Below are positions 1-12,669 of a stretch of DNA of 64,000 nucleotides, piece by piece (within the stretch, counting starts at the first letter, position 1; every line of letters begins with the position of its first letter). The translations under genes and the position numbers were made by a program. The notes beneath the pieces were generated by a model. It was not told where the DNA came from and did not search any database. It saw nothing but the letters and a program-made list of their open reading frames with translations. The stretch comes from Amoebophrya sp. A120 (Eukaryota > Protista > Dinoflagellata): positions 372,001 through 436,000 of the forward strand of contig CAJINV010000008.1 of NCBI GenBank assembly GCA_905178155.1, in the 5' to 3' direction.

Positions 1-1328
1 AGTGGGTCTCGAAAGATAAAATATGAACCACCCCTACCGGAAACCCGGGTAGAAATGCCTGGGCCGGCAATTTGGCTGGAAGTCAAGGTAGAAACGCCAG
101 GGAGTATGGCAATCCCGCCGGTCCCCGTTAGCCGGCCCCCTAGCTCAAAAAGGTACCCGCATCGCGCGCGCAGCGCGCGCGAAGAAAAATTTCGCATGGC
201 ACACGGCGACACAAGCAGCCGCTCTTGCTTCCTTTGAAGGGCGGGGGTGTGAGCGCGCATGGGCATGGGGCATGCGCGCCACGAATTACTTCTAATCCTG
301 GAAAGGATTCCCCAGGCGCGCGGTGCGCGCCGGAAAAATGGCAAAACCCCACAGGAGGTCGAAGGAGAAACACTGTACCGGGCCCGGCATTGATTCTTGG
401 AAAGCTCTGCCCTAGCACAGACGGGCCTGCCCTGCCCCTAAGCAGCCGAAAACCATGTTAACGCGCGCGCGCGCGCGGAATTTTTTCTCAGCTACCAGCT
501 CCGAATCCGGTTCCCAGTCAGTTTTTGCCGTTTTACCGGCGGGGCCGTAGCAACAAAATAAAAGCGCGCGAGCCAAAAAAGAATTTTTGCAAACCAGACG
601 AGAACGAGAAGCGCCCCCAGGGGGATTCCGGGGGGGCTTTTTCGTGTTTGATTTTTCGATCGGCAAGAAAAACCACGGCGGGCCCGGGCCCGCCGGGTAG
701 GCCGGCCCGGCGGACGGAGGGCGGGCCTCAGCAGAAAAAGTTGCCCGCCGAAGCCGCGCGCGAAGCGCGCGGACTAATTTTTTTGGCCAGCAGGCAGCGG
801 CGATGCCCCGGCCCTCCACGCAGGACACACGCAGCCCGCTAGGAATTTGCACACGCGCGGGCCTGCGCGCTCGCTGCCACACGCCTGTAGGGCGCGCGCG
901 CCCAATAGCCTGAAGACACCGCCGCGCGCTTTTGTGGCTGCACACCCCGGCGTCCCCTAGCGGCCCTGTGGATGCACGTGCGCCGCCTCGGTCAACCCTT
1001 CCACAGCACCACAAGGACTAGCTTCATTCAAAGGCGTGAAGGAACTCCGCGCCCACGTATTGAAGCTGCAAAGCAGCCACGGATGCCGCTCGGCCTCGGC
1101 GCGGATTTTTTCCAAAAACAATAAAAACGCACGCCGGCCGACCGCGCGAGGGTAGGCGTGCATAAGCTGCGCCACTGTCTCGCGTGTAGGAGGGTTCTGC
1201 GACCATGTTCACCGCGGGGAGTTTTCTCTGCACGACGGAAATTTTTTACGTGTGGCAAAGTTTTCTCTGTGCGGGTTGGACTTTTCTCTGTCGGTTGATT
1301 TTTTATTTTTTTTTTCTAGACCCACTTA
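1..1328. mobile_element. ~1.33-kb GC-rich TIR element inside the roadblock gene (left end probably clipped by 2 nt)
   Basis: The window starts AGTGGGTCTCGAAAGATAAAAT. The reverse complement of ~1300-1328 reads TAAGTGGGTCTAGAAAAAAAAAATAAAAAAT. The interior is CGCG-rich with A/T tracts and subterminal TTTTCTCTG repeats (~1222, 1261, 1282), and has no credible ORF. Confidence 0.7.
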
Positions 1329-1421
1329 CCTGCCTAGACAAAAAAAACATAGCACAGCAAGCAGGTATCGACCAGACCCAGAGTATCAGTATCGAGTCGC
1401 AAAAAATTACATTGTAAATAC

Positions 1422-1746
1422 ATGACAGCGCGGTCGTAGGTCACGTGCTCGGTGTCCCATTTGCACGGTATGCCGTCCGAGTTCATCATTACATATCCGA
1501 TGACTGTTGGGTACCTGATAATTGTTGTTTTGCCTTTTTTCGCCCTCGTGTTTAAATGAACCTAAAACTACGCTCGCACAGTCTCCGCATTAACGTGCGG
1601 GTGCGATGCTGCCTCTTTCGTGCTAGTGACCAAAGGATTAGGATTCGAAATCGAAGTCGAGACATAAAAAGCCATCGAGCAAATCAGTACTCCGTCTGGT
1701 AGGCCTTGAGAATACTCTCAACATCACTTGTCTGGCCCCCCGCCAT
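1422..1746 (-). CDS. Dynein light chain roadblock/LC7 family, 5' exons (3' part lies beyond window start)
   Basis: Exons 1746-1691 and 1514-1422 join through a GT-AG intron: MAGGQTSDVESILKAYQTE|YPTVIGYVMMNSDGIPCKWDTEHVTYDRAVM. This matches the roadblock motif (V.G...N.DGIP.K). Confidence 0.75.
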
Positions 1747-2392
1747 GGTTTTCGCTTTTTACATGGAAAAAAAAAACACTTTCCTTTCCTTCTGTCAAAT
1801 CAAAAATTTCATCGACCTCCATCAAGTTTTACTTTTCAAGTCGGCAGAGAGAATGAGCAACGGTATTCGTTTCGTATTGGTGTCAGCCTTTCGTACGTAT
1901 TCCCGATAACGATACATTTGATTTCACGACGATTTTCCCCAGCTCTCGTTTGCATCTGCCTCTGAGCTATTCTTCGCTCGTGTTCGTGTCGTGCGTACTT
2001 GTACAGGTGCATCAATTATCAATGCATGTGCAAATACTAGATTTGAAGCTCTTGATCTTGTGACAGAGACGATGTGAAAAACTACGTCAGTAACCCCAGC
2101 TCATGATCTGCGAACACGAAAGCGGATCGAAATCTCTAAGCATAAAATTAAATGGAACACGCTTCCATGGCAATAAAACCAAGTCCTGTGACTGTGGGCG
2201 TCTCCGATGAAAGAGAACTCAAGTCTGGCTTTGGCGTCTCCCAAGCTACTGACCTGCTCGGCACCGACGCCAAAGATAGCTCTTGTGGATTCGAGCACGC
2301 GGTAGTCAGCTATCATGGCCTTCTATCTACTATTTACCCTTCATCATGCCGTCCATTCCGACGTCCCGTCACTCTTTTCAACCCAAGTTTCA

Positions 2393-3993
2393 TCAGTGAT
2401 GACCGTGGTCATCGTGAAAGTGCGCTTGGGCCTGTGGAAGCGGATACAGATCCACCTTGAGTGGATCATCCACCTCTTCCGGCATCATCTGTCGGTACAC
2501 AAACGGATACTGCACGCCCGGGTACCTTGTAGAATTTTTGTTTTCGTAGACGTAGCCAACATTTTTGGCAGTGTCCGATTCGCTCTCTAAACAACAGAAC
2601 AAGAAACGAAATTGAAGCGACACAGCCTAGTTAGTAGTACTGCAATCACTTAATACACGAGGGAGTACGACATCCTCGACAAGGGCAATCTGAACAACAT
2701 AAATTCGTTTACTCTTGAATGAGGTAGTTTTCCCGAAGTTTGAAGTAGTAGTCCTTGATTTCGTTCAGCGTGAAGGGATGGTCGTTGCCACGGTAGTAGT
2801 AGCGCAGCTGTAGTAGAGAGATGTTGATCACATTCTAATCATGATACTCAAACTCAATCATGAGTACCTATACAGCTATCATGCCTCTCCGTCTGCAATC
2901 AATTTTTACATCCAACAACCAAAACAGCAGCCATTCCTCTCTTGTAGTTATGGCTTTCTTGGCTACACAAACAGCGGTCTTTCATCATGCTTTCTGATGA
3001 GACCAAGATCATCATGGCAGTTAGAGTTCGGTAGAAGTCGTGTGGATAATACCTTTGCCTGCTCCTGCGCAATTCTCGCAGCAGGCCTGGTTCCCGGGTT
3101 CGCGTTATCAACAGGAAAAATCCCCCCTCCCCATATCAAAACGAAGTTTCTGATGCTGGATTTCCGTACACCAATCAGATTAGTCTTGCTGGCGAGGACT
3201 GCAGGCCCATATCAAGCCTGAGAACACAGGTTTTGGCCTAGGCGCTTAGCATGGCAGACGTCTACGCTGTAGGAACATGAGCATGACAAACCGCCTGGAA
3301 AATGCGGCGGAGCCTGTGGAGTTGCCTTCATGCAATACATAGACGATTTGCGGTCTCAAATCAGCAACACAAATCTCCGGAATCATACCGTTTCGATATG
3401 GGGAGGGGGGATTTTTCCTTTTGATACGCGTAGGCTGTTTGCATGCGAAATTTCGCACTATTCATGTAGTACTTTTCTCTTCGCTCTAGCGGTGCGGTGT
3501 CCAATGCCCCACAGTACCAGAAAAAAAAGCACACCGCCAAGTAGCCGGAATGGTGGATGTTGAACAGGTGTTGCCGATTCACGAAATTTTGCGTCCAAAT
3601 GTAACTCCAAAAGGGCATGCGCCGAAAGTTTGGCACTTCAAAAATTCCGTTCAAGGTGCCGTGGTTCGGGCTGATAGTAAATTGCAATTGATTTTGTGGC
3701 AGCTCGCCAGAATTGGAATTGCATGCCCATGATCTGCACCTAGAGGTACTAGTAGCGCGAGTAGCTGAATCATGTAGAACCTGCAGTTGCGTGGATCCCA
3801 GGTTCAATTTCACGACAACTACAATAATTGAAGACTATCTTACTCGCATCCCTCTTCACCATAATTTGAGGTACTGCTAGAAAGTAAAATCACAAGTAGC
3901 GGCTGGTCCCACGTACCCTATTATCTCCTCTGCGCTGACATTTCGTGAGAGTCGGGCGATTTCTCGCCTTGCCACGGTTCGAAAGAGCGACAT
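2393..3993 (-). CDS. Myzozoan mitochondrial membrane protein, probably cytochrome c oxidase accessory subunit (ApiCox25/COX6A-like); multi-exon
   Basis: Assembled: MSLFRTVARREIARLSRNV (transit-like)...VPNFRRMPFWSYIWTQNFVNRQHLFNIHHSGYLAVCFFFWYCGALDTAPLERREKYYMNSAKFRMQTAYA|NPGTRPAARIAQEQAK|LRYYYRGNDHPFTLNEIKDYYFKLRENYLIQE|YPGVQYPFVYRQ...HDDHGHH*. It has one TM-like segment. The family name is from memory. Confidence 0.55.
3106..3426. mobile_element. Introner, family A (321 bp), DR CGCGT
   Basis: CGCGT(3101-3105) TATCAACAGGAAAAATCCCCCCTCCCCATATC...GATATGGGGAGGGGGGATTTTTCCTTTTGATA CGCGT(3427-3431). Removal with one DR gives QTAYA-NPGTRPAA in frame. Confidence 0.93.
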
Positions 3994-4934
3994 GGTATCT
4001 GTTTTTCACGCTTGTTCTCCTGCTGCGCTCCCGTACCCCACCCTCGTTGAAAAAACTCGCCCGAAACCTTGCCTCTTGATCAACCCGTCTGGAACGCGTC
4101 CGAGCTTCTAGAGGAGAAGTTTCTCAGCGCGATGATGCATAAGCCAAATCGAAATTCCGTCGTCTTTGCCGCAGTAGAAATATTGACAAACGACCACTGG
4201 TCATCACCAACAGTCCTTTGTGCACATGTGGTCACATTTTGAGGATGACGAAAAGACAGAACGAATGAGGAACGACTTGTGTATTGAGGGTCGAAAAAAA
4301 ATGTATCGGATCACAGCAGTTGCAACTCTCACTGGTGTTGAAAAATATGCGACAGTTTGTAGCTGCAAGCAGCCGGCGGGACGAGGAGAGAGATTCATGC
4401 CCTAGTGGTGATAAAAAAAACACAGAGCACAACGCGAAGAGCAGAAAAACATTTCACGGTGCTTCCGCGCTTGCAAACAGAAAGCGAACAGAAGGCATTT
4501 TTAGCTCTTCCAGGCATGCCGCAACGAAGATATGAGTACGCTCTTCGCCCTTAAGAAACGCGGCTGCGCATCACGCACGGGCGGAGGTGCGGAGGTTCAC
4601 TGGTGTCCTTGTCTTGTTCTCTTTTTATACAATGGTCGAATTTGGTACAAATTCAAAAGGCGTTAGCAGCAGATAGATTATCGCAAAAGTTCGTTGTCTC
4701 GTCACACTTCAGCGTGGTCCTCCGCTGTAGTTTTTCGCTTGTTGCTCTTCTTCTCGTAGAACAACGTTTACTGTACTCTGACCACGCGAAGGCATTTTCG
4801 TATCTGGTGATGTAATTGGAACAGTAAAAGCACAATAAACAGCAGCTAGTTGCTCGTCGGCGTTCGCAGCTCAATAAAATGCGTTCGATTTTTATCTCCC
4901 CCCTCTTCCGCCAGGTTCGGTGTCGAAAATAAAG

Positions 4935-5570
4935 TCAGCACTTGAACACCAACGCGGAGACTTCACCCTGATAGAACACCAACCTGAGAAGTCGTGTATA
5001 GTGTAGCTGTTTATTTCCCGCTGGTTCTCCTGCTGTGAAGAGGATCTGCTCATACTGATTTTTTTCATACTTATATCAAGACGAAACCAGCGACATAAAT
5101 CAAAACCGAAGAAAATCAAGATGAAGATCTGAATGATCTGTAGCTGTACATTAAGCTCCCGGTTTGCGCTGTGACGTCGTAGGAAAAGCCTTTTCCGAGG
5201 ATGCAGTGCCACTGCGCTCCGTACTGTTTGTCAAGGGCGTCCTTGATGGCCTTTGCGGCCGGTTCAATGTTAAGCCCGTCTGAGCCGGTCTGCTTATCGA
5301 TCACACCAACGATTGTGTCCACAACCTCCTGCTCTTGTTCCTGATAATATTTGCATTTGATTATGAGGTCATGACGAACTTTCTGTTTCTGACACAAGCG
5401 GGCACATGAACAACTATTTCGCTGAAGAAGTTCCGACATCTTCGCCCGGGATAGTTTTCTTGTTGCATCAACCTCACACTGCACAAATTCGTCAATACTG
5501 GTGTCATGTCGGTGCTCTTCACCAATGCCTTCTGCATTTTCTTCTTGATATCTGCCGGTATTGTCGTCAT
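4935..5570 (-). CDS. Dynein light chain type 1 family (DNAL4/LC10-like), 3 exons
   Basis: MTTIPADIKKKMQKALVKSTDMTP...EQEQEVVDTIVGVIDK...AAKAIKDALDKQYGAQWHCILGKGFSYDVT...FYQGEVSALVFKC*. Contains the hallmark WHCI.GKGF motif. Confidence 0.88.
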
Positions 5571-6230
5571 CTTGCCGGGGTTGGTCTTCCTCAGAGATCA
5601 GAAAGAGGAAGGCAACCTTCGAGGCTGGAAAAAACTTGCTGTTTCTCTCTACACCACCCTAATTGATTGACTTCCGGCAAAAGACCGGATAAGTTCTCAA
5701 GAAGAAGCCTAGACACCTACTCTTACCTAGTTTATTAAGTAAATACTTCGGTGATGCGTCAATACTCTCGATCATGCTCGATTTCTTCGTCACCACACGG
5801 TGCGCGCATCCCTCCTCCTTGATGTCACTCAGAGTCAAAAACGAGCAAGAATTCATCGGTTGACTTCCAATCTTCCCCTCTCATTATCACGACGAAATAA
5901 CAGGCGCAGTCGAGCAGGTACGATCGCAGACACGATCCATTCCTCCTTACCTTTGGATGGATGGTGGCCCGGAAAAGATGAGTAGATCGTGAACAGACCG
6001 ACGGGGGACGTGTAGTTCGATGCATCTTCTTAATAAACCTGCTCCGATATCGGAACTGCTATGCTGATGCTATCTATGTCATGCCGCCAAAAAGTCAAAA
6101 TGTCTTGACCGGCACCAAGGTGACTTTGTATCGTTCGTCCCCCATACTCCTTTGTTACCATTGTGGTTAAGGACCACTAAGTACAAGGGAGGCGCTTGTT
6201 GTGGAGCATTTCCAAAAAAAGCCACACGCG

Positions 6231-7740
6231 TCACGGGTTCAACTTTTCGTCCACTTCTTTGATTTTGTTGTCCACATCTTCTTCGAGCTTCGCGAGCGTC
6301 CCCTGGATCCGCTCGGTGAAAGACTCTTTCAGCTTTGCTGCTTGCTTCTCCTCCTCTGCTTTCTTGTCCAAATATTCCTGCCGTCTCTCGTCCTCAAAGA
6401 GGTCGTAAAGGAACGGCTGTAATGCGAGTTTTCTCTTTTCATATCAAATGCAAATGTGCATCAAATCAGTGCGAATTTAAATTTTCGTATCATCAAACTC
6501 AAACCAACACTGATGCATTTTCTTCATGATGTATGACTATAATGTCCCCGATGCAAAGCAAAACCGCAAAAAAGATCAAAATCAGGACTGCACGCTGTTG
6601 CTGTCTCCGAAAAATTATGAGTACATGATTCCTTGGGTCGATTTCGTTTTCTGTTGAACAGACAAACGGAGCCTTCAGAGAATCGTCGTTGAGTGCTGGC
6701 GTTGGTTTTACCTTGACCTCCAGGTCTCGGATGCAGACATAGACGTATTTATACCTGAAGTCGGTTTGGGTCCATGCTTATCCTGCTCGTGCAATGCTGC
6801 CTCCACGAATGAAAAACTTCAACACAGCAAACTCTTTATTTCCACTAGCTCAACATCTTTCAGAACGTAGCAAAGAACGCGACGGACGAATTTGGAAACC
6901 AATTGATGTAGTACATTTTGTAATGACGGAAGAAGGTATCCAGAACGTAGTCTGATATTGCTTTCACGTCATTCAGGTTGAAAATGCCACTGGAAAAGGG
7001 TGGTCGGTGACACGAGTGCTTGAGGAGCAGGTGCCGGAAAAGCTCGTAGCTTTCCGACATACTCAGGCCGAGATCAAACGACTCGTTGTACACCGTCCGC
7101 ATCATACCTTGCATATTTTCATTTTGATTTTGATGCTGTGTTTCATGCGGAAACGAGATCTGCATCTATTTGTACTTTTGCAGCTCGCTACTGCGATAGC
7201 TAAAGCTAAAACAAACATCAAAAGCAGGGACACCTACTAATGTATGATCATGTGGTCTTGCCTAGTTCGGCAACAGATTTACGAAAGAAAACCAACAGAA
7301 AATCGAACGAAATCTGTTGGTACTGAGGTAAGTCGACATTTTTGGTGGTGTGAACTTGAGAGATTCTGCGAAGTTGTAGTTGTGGAAGTGGAAGTCCGCT
7401 GCAATTTCGAAAGGAAACGTGCCCTCATCGTGATCCACCTTCATGCATTTCGTCGCCAGGTAGTGCTTTCGCTGACTTGTCCCCTGCTTCTGCATCAATA
7501 AAACCTGGCACATTTTCAATTTACAGTCTCCGTAGGAAAAAAAACAAAGTGTCGTTGGGGTGAGCAACATACGCATAGTTCTAGTACAAGCAGAATAACA
7601 AAAGAAATCACAATCATGAGTGTTACATCTTCCTCCGACACGTCGGTGAATAAAACGAAAGGCACATTGCTGTGCATTCCCGCATTTTCTGACATGTACT
7701 GCGGCTTCTCTTTTTTCTTTGCCCCCGCGGAAGACGGCAT
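6231..7740 (-). CDS. CFAP119/CCDC189-like (C1a-32 family) flagellar protein, multi-exon
   Basis: Exons encode ADFHFHNYNFAESLKFTPPKMSTYLS and YELFRHLLLKHSCHRPPFSSGIFNLNDVKAISDYVLDTFFRHYKMY, which is typical of this family. The C-terminal coiled coil ends VDEKLNP*. Confidence 0.75.
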
Positions 7741-8858
7741 GGCTCCGAATGCTTCTGGGAAATGAAAGCTCACTCGTCGAAACTAACTAGGGTCTTACTC
7801 CTGATGTGCTTGAGGTCGAGGCTCGGAACGTCTCCAAATTGGTAGGCAGCGAAAAACAGATGACGACGAGGCTCAGTCACGAGTCCCTTCGTTCTTGGGA
7901 ACGCCTTGAGAGGGTCCTAGACGTTTTCGTTCTTGTGCGTCTTCTATCCCGGCCGCGTCTTCAGTGCTGGAAGACCTTTTACGACACACTTCTGCTCCTG
8001 GATATGAGTCGTTTCTTTCAGACCTAAACGCCGCGTTAGTTTCTTCAGCAAGTTCTCCAGCCTTTGCACCTCCTCAAGGCGAATCTTCGGGAAACAAGCA
8101 GTTGCAGTGAGTGAGCGTCCTCGATCTTTGTTCGTTTGTTTTTCCGTATTTCTAGTACTGCCACACCGCACCGAAAAAAAACAAAATTGCTCCACAAACT
8201 TATTGAAGAGTACCAACGCATACGCAGCACGGCCCAATAAATATCAAGAATTACAAATCTCTGTATACACAAGTCGCGCTCGGTTTCACTTCACGAACGG
8301 CCTCATACAGTCAATCATTAGTGATAGATTGTAGTTTGGAAAAGAACCGCACTCACGCTCAATCGATATCGAACGAAAACAACACAACCACAAGTGAGTG
8401 TGGCAGCGCCAGCGCTTCCTCCTCGATACATGAAGAACAGGACGGAGGCATTGGGATTGGCATTGAGTGTAAGTCTAAGCGATTGCGTTTGATAGTATTT
8501 ACACAGGGGAGCTTGTTGGGTGGATTTCATCCTCGAAGAAAGTGCCGATGCGTCCAAATTAACGAAGAAAATGCTAAGTGAGTACGTGGGCGGCACCAAG
8601 ACGCGCGAGATGAGTAGCGCGCGCGACTTGCTTATCTATATTTTGGTTACACAAGTGATTCGAGATTCGTCTGCCTCTGCAACTGCAAAAAATGATACAC
8701 CAGGTGAAGTCAAGCGAGTCCGTGGATCAGTCTTGAATCATGTTCATGATACGCAGTCTCAAAAAATTCTTAAGCGGCAAATATAATTGGTTTCGATTTG
8801 AAAAAGTCAATAGATGATTGGTCTGGTGGTCGTGCTCCTCGAAAATACAGCGACCATC

Positions 8859-11622
8859 TCACGCAATCCGTAACCACTTCGGCGACGCGCGGAAAGCTTC
8901 CAAAAACGCGGTATCGTTACTCGCGGTGGACTTGATATGCCCCAGCGGGAACAGCCTGCTAATAAACTGCTGAGCAAGCATGAAATCGGGCGTGCCCCCC
9001 GCCGTTTCGAACAGAGCATCAACGGTGACGACGTTGAAGACCGCGGTTGGGTCCACTTCGTCCCGCTCTACACAGGCGATATCCAAGGCCAGTACTTTTT
9101 CCAGTTGCGCTTTTTTCTCCCCGCTCTTTTTCAGCTTCGCCGGCGGCTCGATTTGGACCTGTGCGGCCGCAGTGGTCATCACAAAGGGCAGCGTGTACAG
9201 CAGCAGAGCGTCAAGGTTGCCGTCGCACAGCAGCACTGTCTTGGTGAATGCTTCGTCTGTACCACCGCTGTAATCGATCGGGCACCGCTGGAGACCGAAC
9301 AGCGTGGTGCGAGCGCCGAAGCCGACTTTTCCCGGCTCCTTGCAGGCATCAAGAAGATACTCCGCGAGGACCACGGCGTATCTGTGTTGGGGTTTTTTGA
9401 AGAAAGGCTACGGCCATACGAAAAAGACTTCAAGAACTTGCGCACCTACCATGATTGATGCTTTTACTTCACAAGAAAAAAACCTGGACCTGCCATGTCT
9501 AAAAAATCTGCCGCGTCCCTTTCGTCTCCTTGCCCGCGTAGGTCACTACTGTGACTCTGACAGAGAAAGCGTAAGTCTAAGTGCCAGAGAGTAAGTACTA
9601 TCCTACTAGCATCTTCTATCTAATATACCCCTTCATCTTCGGGTCTTCAATGGCTGCCACTACTGCCTTTCCCGTTTCGCTAATCGCCAACCCTCCTGCT
9701 TCAGCGGATTTCGTAACCAAGTACTCCTCTGTGTAGACGCTGTTGTACGCTGCAACCGCGGACGGCACCACCATGGGCGCATGGGAATACTTGAGCATCT
9801 CCTTTCGCGGCGGAAACTCGCCGAACACCTCCCCGTCCTGCGGCCGGGCCTGCGCGGTCAGGGCGGGCTTCTCCAGCGTTCCCACCGTGTAAACCACCAT
9901 GCCGGTCATCTGGAAGAGCTTCAGCGCGACGTCAAACGAGCTGTCGTTGACCGCGAGACTGATGGGCTGCTCGCGGTTGAGCCACTGTGCCAAGGCCGTC
10001 AGGAAGCTGGCGTCGTTCACAACGGCCGGCGTGGTCACGTCCAGGTACAGCTGCCGCCAGTGCTCCGTGATCTTCACGGGGAGGTCTGCAGATATTCTCA
10101 CATTCATCAATGGCTGCGACGCCAGCTTGGAGTAATTCTGTTCGCCGTCACTTCCCTCGCTTGCTGCGGTTGACGCGGTCTCTGAGTTGATGGTCCCTTG
10201 GGGCTGGAAAATACCCGCGAACTCGCTTTTTTCAATGGATTCCAGTGAGTTTTGAATCAGCGGCGCTTTGCTATACGAGGCGTCCAGCTGGTCAACGGTC
10301 AGGTTGGGGCAAACACAGTGTCGCAAAGCCGTGCACTGCCCCTTGTTCTCGATCAGGTTTGACCAACGGACCGCGTCGCCAACTTGGTCGTTCCACTGGG
10401 TGGAAACCTGAATTCACGAATGAGAATTGAATTGAAAAAGGGCACCGTTGAACAAGAAATTAAAATTAGGACCTAGCAGTAGCAAGAGAAGGGTTGACAT
10501 CGACCTTGCGTATGACGGTCCTGCAGCGTGTTTCGTGTTGTAGTAAACCGTGTGCGCAACTTTGTTGATTTTCGTAAAATAAGAGTTATGCGATACGGAT
10601 ACTTTCACTTAAGTACTTACCAGGGTGTTTGGTCCACCCGTTGATGCAAACAGTTTGGGCACCACCTCCTTGATTTTTTCGGCGACCTGACGGCTACCGG
10701 TGAAGTGCATGGGGCAGTCGGGACAAGCAGCGAACACGCGGCGTTGCTCCGGGATGGAACATGCCAAGTAGCTTACCATGCCCAAATCGACGCCCTTCTC
10801 CTTCAATTTCTCTAGCAGAATCACTGTCCACCGAAACATGTGCTGTGTGGTATTGCTCCTTGATAAAACCACCACCGGTACCCCCATTTCTATGTGTCGC
10901 AGGACTTTTCGGAACAAATCCAGAAAGTTGGAAAAGTTACTAACGCATCCGACAAAAACTAGCTGCTTGCTGCGGATGGTAACTTGGCCCGCAGCGCTCG
11001 CCTTGAGAAGCTCGTCGTTGATACGCTGCTCGACCAGATTGGCCTGAATCGACTCCTCAATCTCCGTGATTCCATCCTGCTTTTGAAAGTCAATCGCCTG
11101 ATTCCCGATGATAGTCGGTGCTAATTTTCCAGCATCGCAAAATTCCAGGTCTATCGCACGGATCGCAGGTCGGAGGTCGGTGCTCGGGGGCTGGTAGCCT
11201 TTAATGTGCGCGATCACCTGGTCCACTTCGGCCGCTGTTGCAAGCGTGATCTTTCCATTGACTCGGTTAAAGGCGTCGACCTGTATATATTCTAAATTTG
11301 AGCGCAAACACGTCACGTATTTTCGGCTGCAACAGGAGAAGTGGGAGCCACAGCAAAGAAACTACATGACCCGTATCTGATCGAGCATGAAAAGCAAGTC
11401 GCACAACATCTTTCCGAATCTTTACTGTAGTACCGTATCTTCCGTCGTGCCGCCCGTCAACGGAGTGCCGTTCAAGAGCGTTGTGATTGGGTTAGTAGAC
11501 CAAGAACTTGGATCAAAACTCTTCATGTATTCCGCTGTCTTCGCCCTCAGCTGTGCACCGTCCGCCTCGGGAAGACTCCCGAAGCAACCGCGGTAGCCCT
11601 CCGTCGCGAAATTGAAGCTCAT
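8859..11622 (-). CDS. Aldehyde dehydrogenase-fold protein (divergent), 4 exons with GT-AG introns
   Basis: Motifs: VSNFSNF (PWNFP-equivalent), FTGSRQVA, STGGPN, and the catalytic-Cys-like NKGQCTALRH. A long C-terminal extension follows. Confidence 0.75.
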
Positions 11623-12669
11623 TTTAAAAGTAAAAACCAGGTCCGCAAGCGCAACAGAGTTCCTGTGTCGGTGGGCACAAAACTACGTGCCTCCGAACAA
11701 GCAAATATCGTTTATTTATCCTGATACTGGTAGTAATAGAGCACGTAATCAATGGGTAAGGGAGTAAGGGGGTAAACAAGGATGCACGTCAGATCTGGGT
11801 AGAAAGATGAGAAACATGACTTCGCTAAATCATTCAGTTCGACTGATACAACAGGTCTGCCAGATTCAGGTTTCCGCTAGCACTGGGCCTCGAGTGAAAG
11901 AAAAAATACCTCGGAACAGGGAGAAACAAATGTCGTCAACAACGATCAACCGGAACCTTTGTTTTCTTCAGGTTGACAAAAAAACCAACTCTACGTATAC
12001 AAACCTGATCGAAAAATCTTCTCCGAGACAGAGAAATTTGCAAATCGCTTCCTCTCGGTAGTATCTGTCACTCCGACCAACGAAAAAACCTAGACCGAAT
12101 CACGAACGACAAAGATGGCTCCAGCTCGCAGAAGTGGAACGGACAGTGGATTCTTGTTAGAGCCCTGTTGGTTTCTTCGACAAACGAAAATGGAGATCCG
12201 AGTGGCATACAAATACATCCATAGACAGACCGGGAACGCGCGGCACGGCGCGAGACACACAGTGGTTAGTGCTACCCGAAAAAGTTCGAGCCGTAGTATA
12301 ATTTCTCGAACTACACGAAGTGAAGATCATCTCAGCCCATCCTTTCATCACCAGAATAGTATACAGTTTAGTGTACTCCAGTTTAGTTCATCCAGCTTCG
12401 CGGCCCATCGTTCATACATTACGATTACTTTGCAAAGCTTCATCACCCCATATTGCTTTGCCTGTAGTTCTCGATTGTGGTAAAAAGGCTACGCGTTTGG
12501 AGGCATTCGTATTGCTTCCACTCTTGTTTCCGCAAATTCATCGCTCATTCGTGTTCTAGAAAGACATTCGAGGTGATACACCAGGTTCATTCTTAATCTT
12601 AACAAACAGCGTTGCATTGTTTAGACTACATAAAACAGAAACACAGGAACAGGTTGAACATTTTTTACA

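Noticed and set aside
55-1258. ORFs inside the 1.3-kb TIR element as a transposase
   Set aside because: Short and Arg/Pro/Ala-rich from GC bias, with no DDE or DNA-binding motifs.
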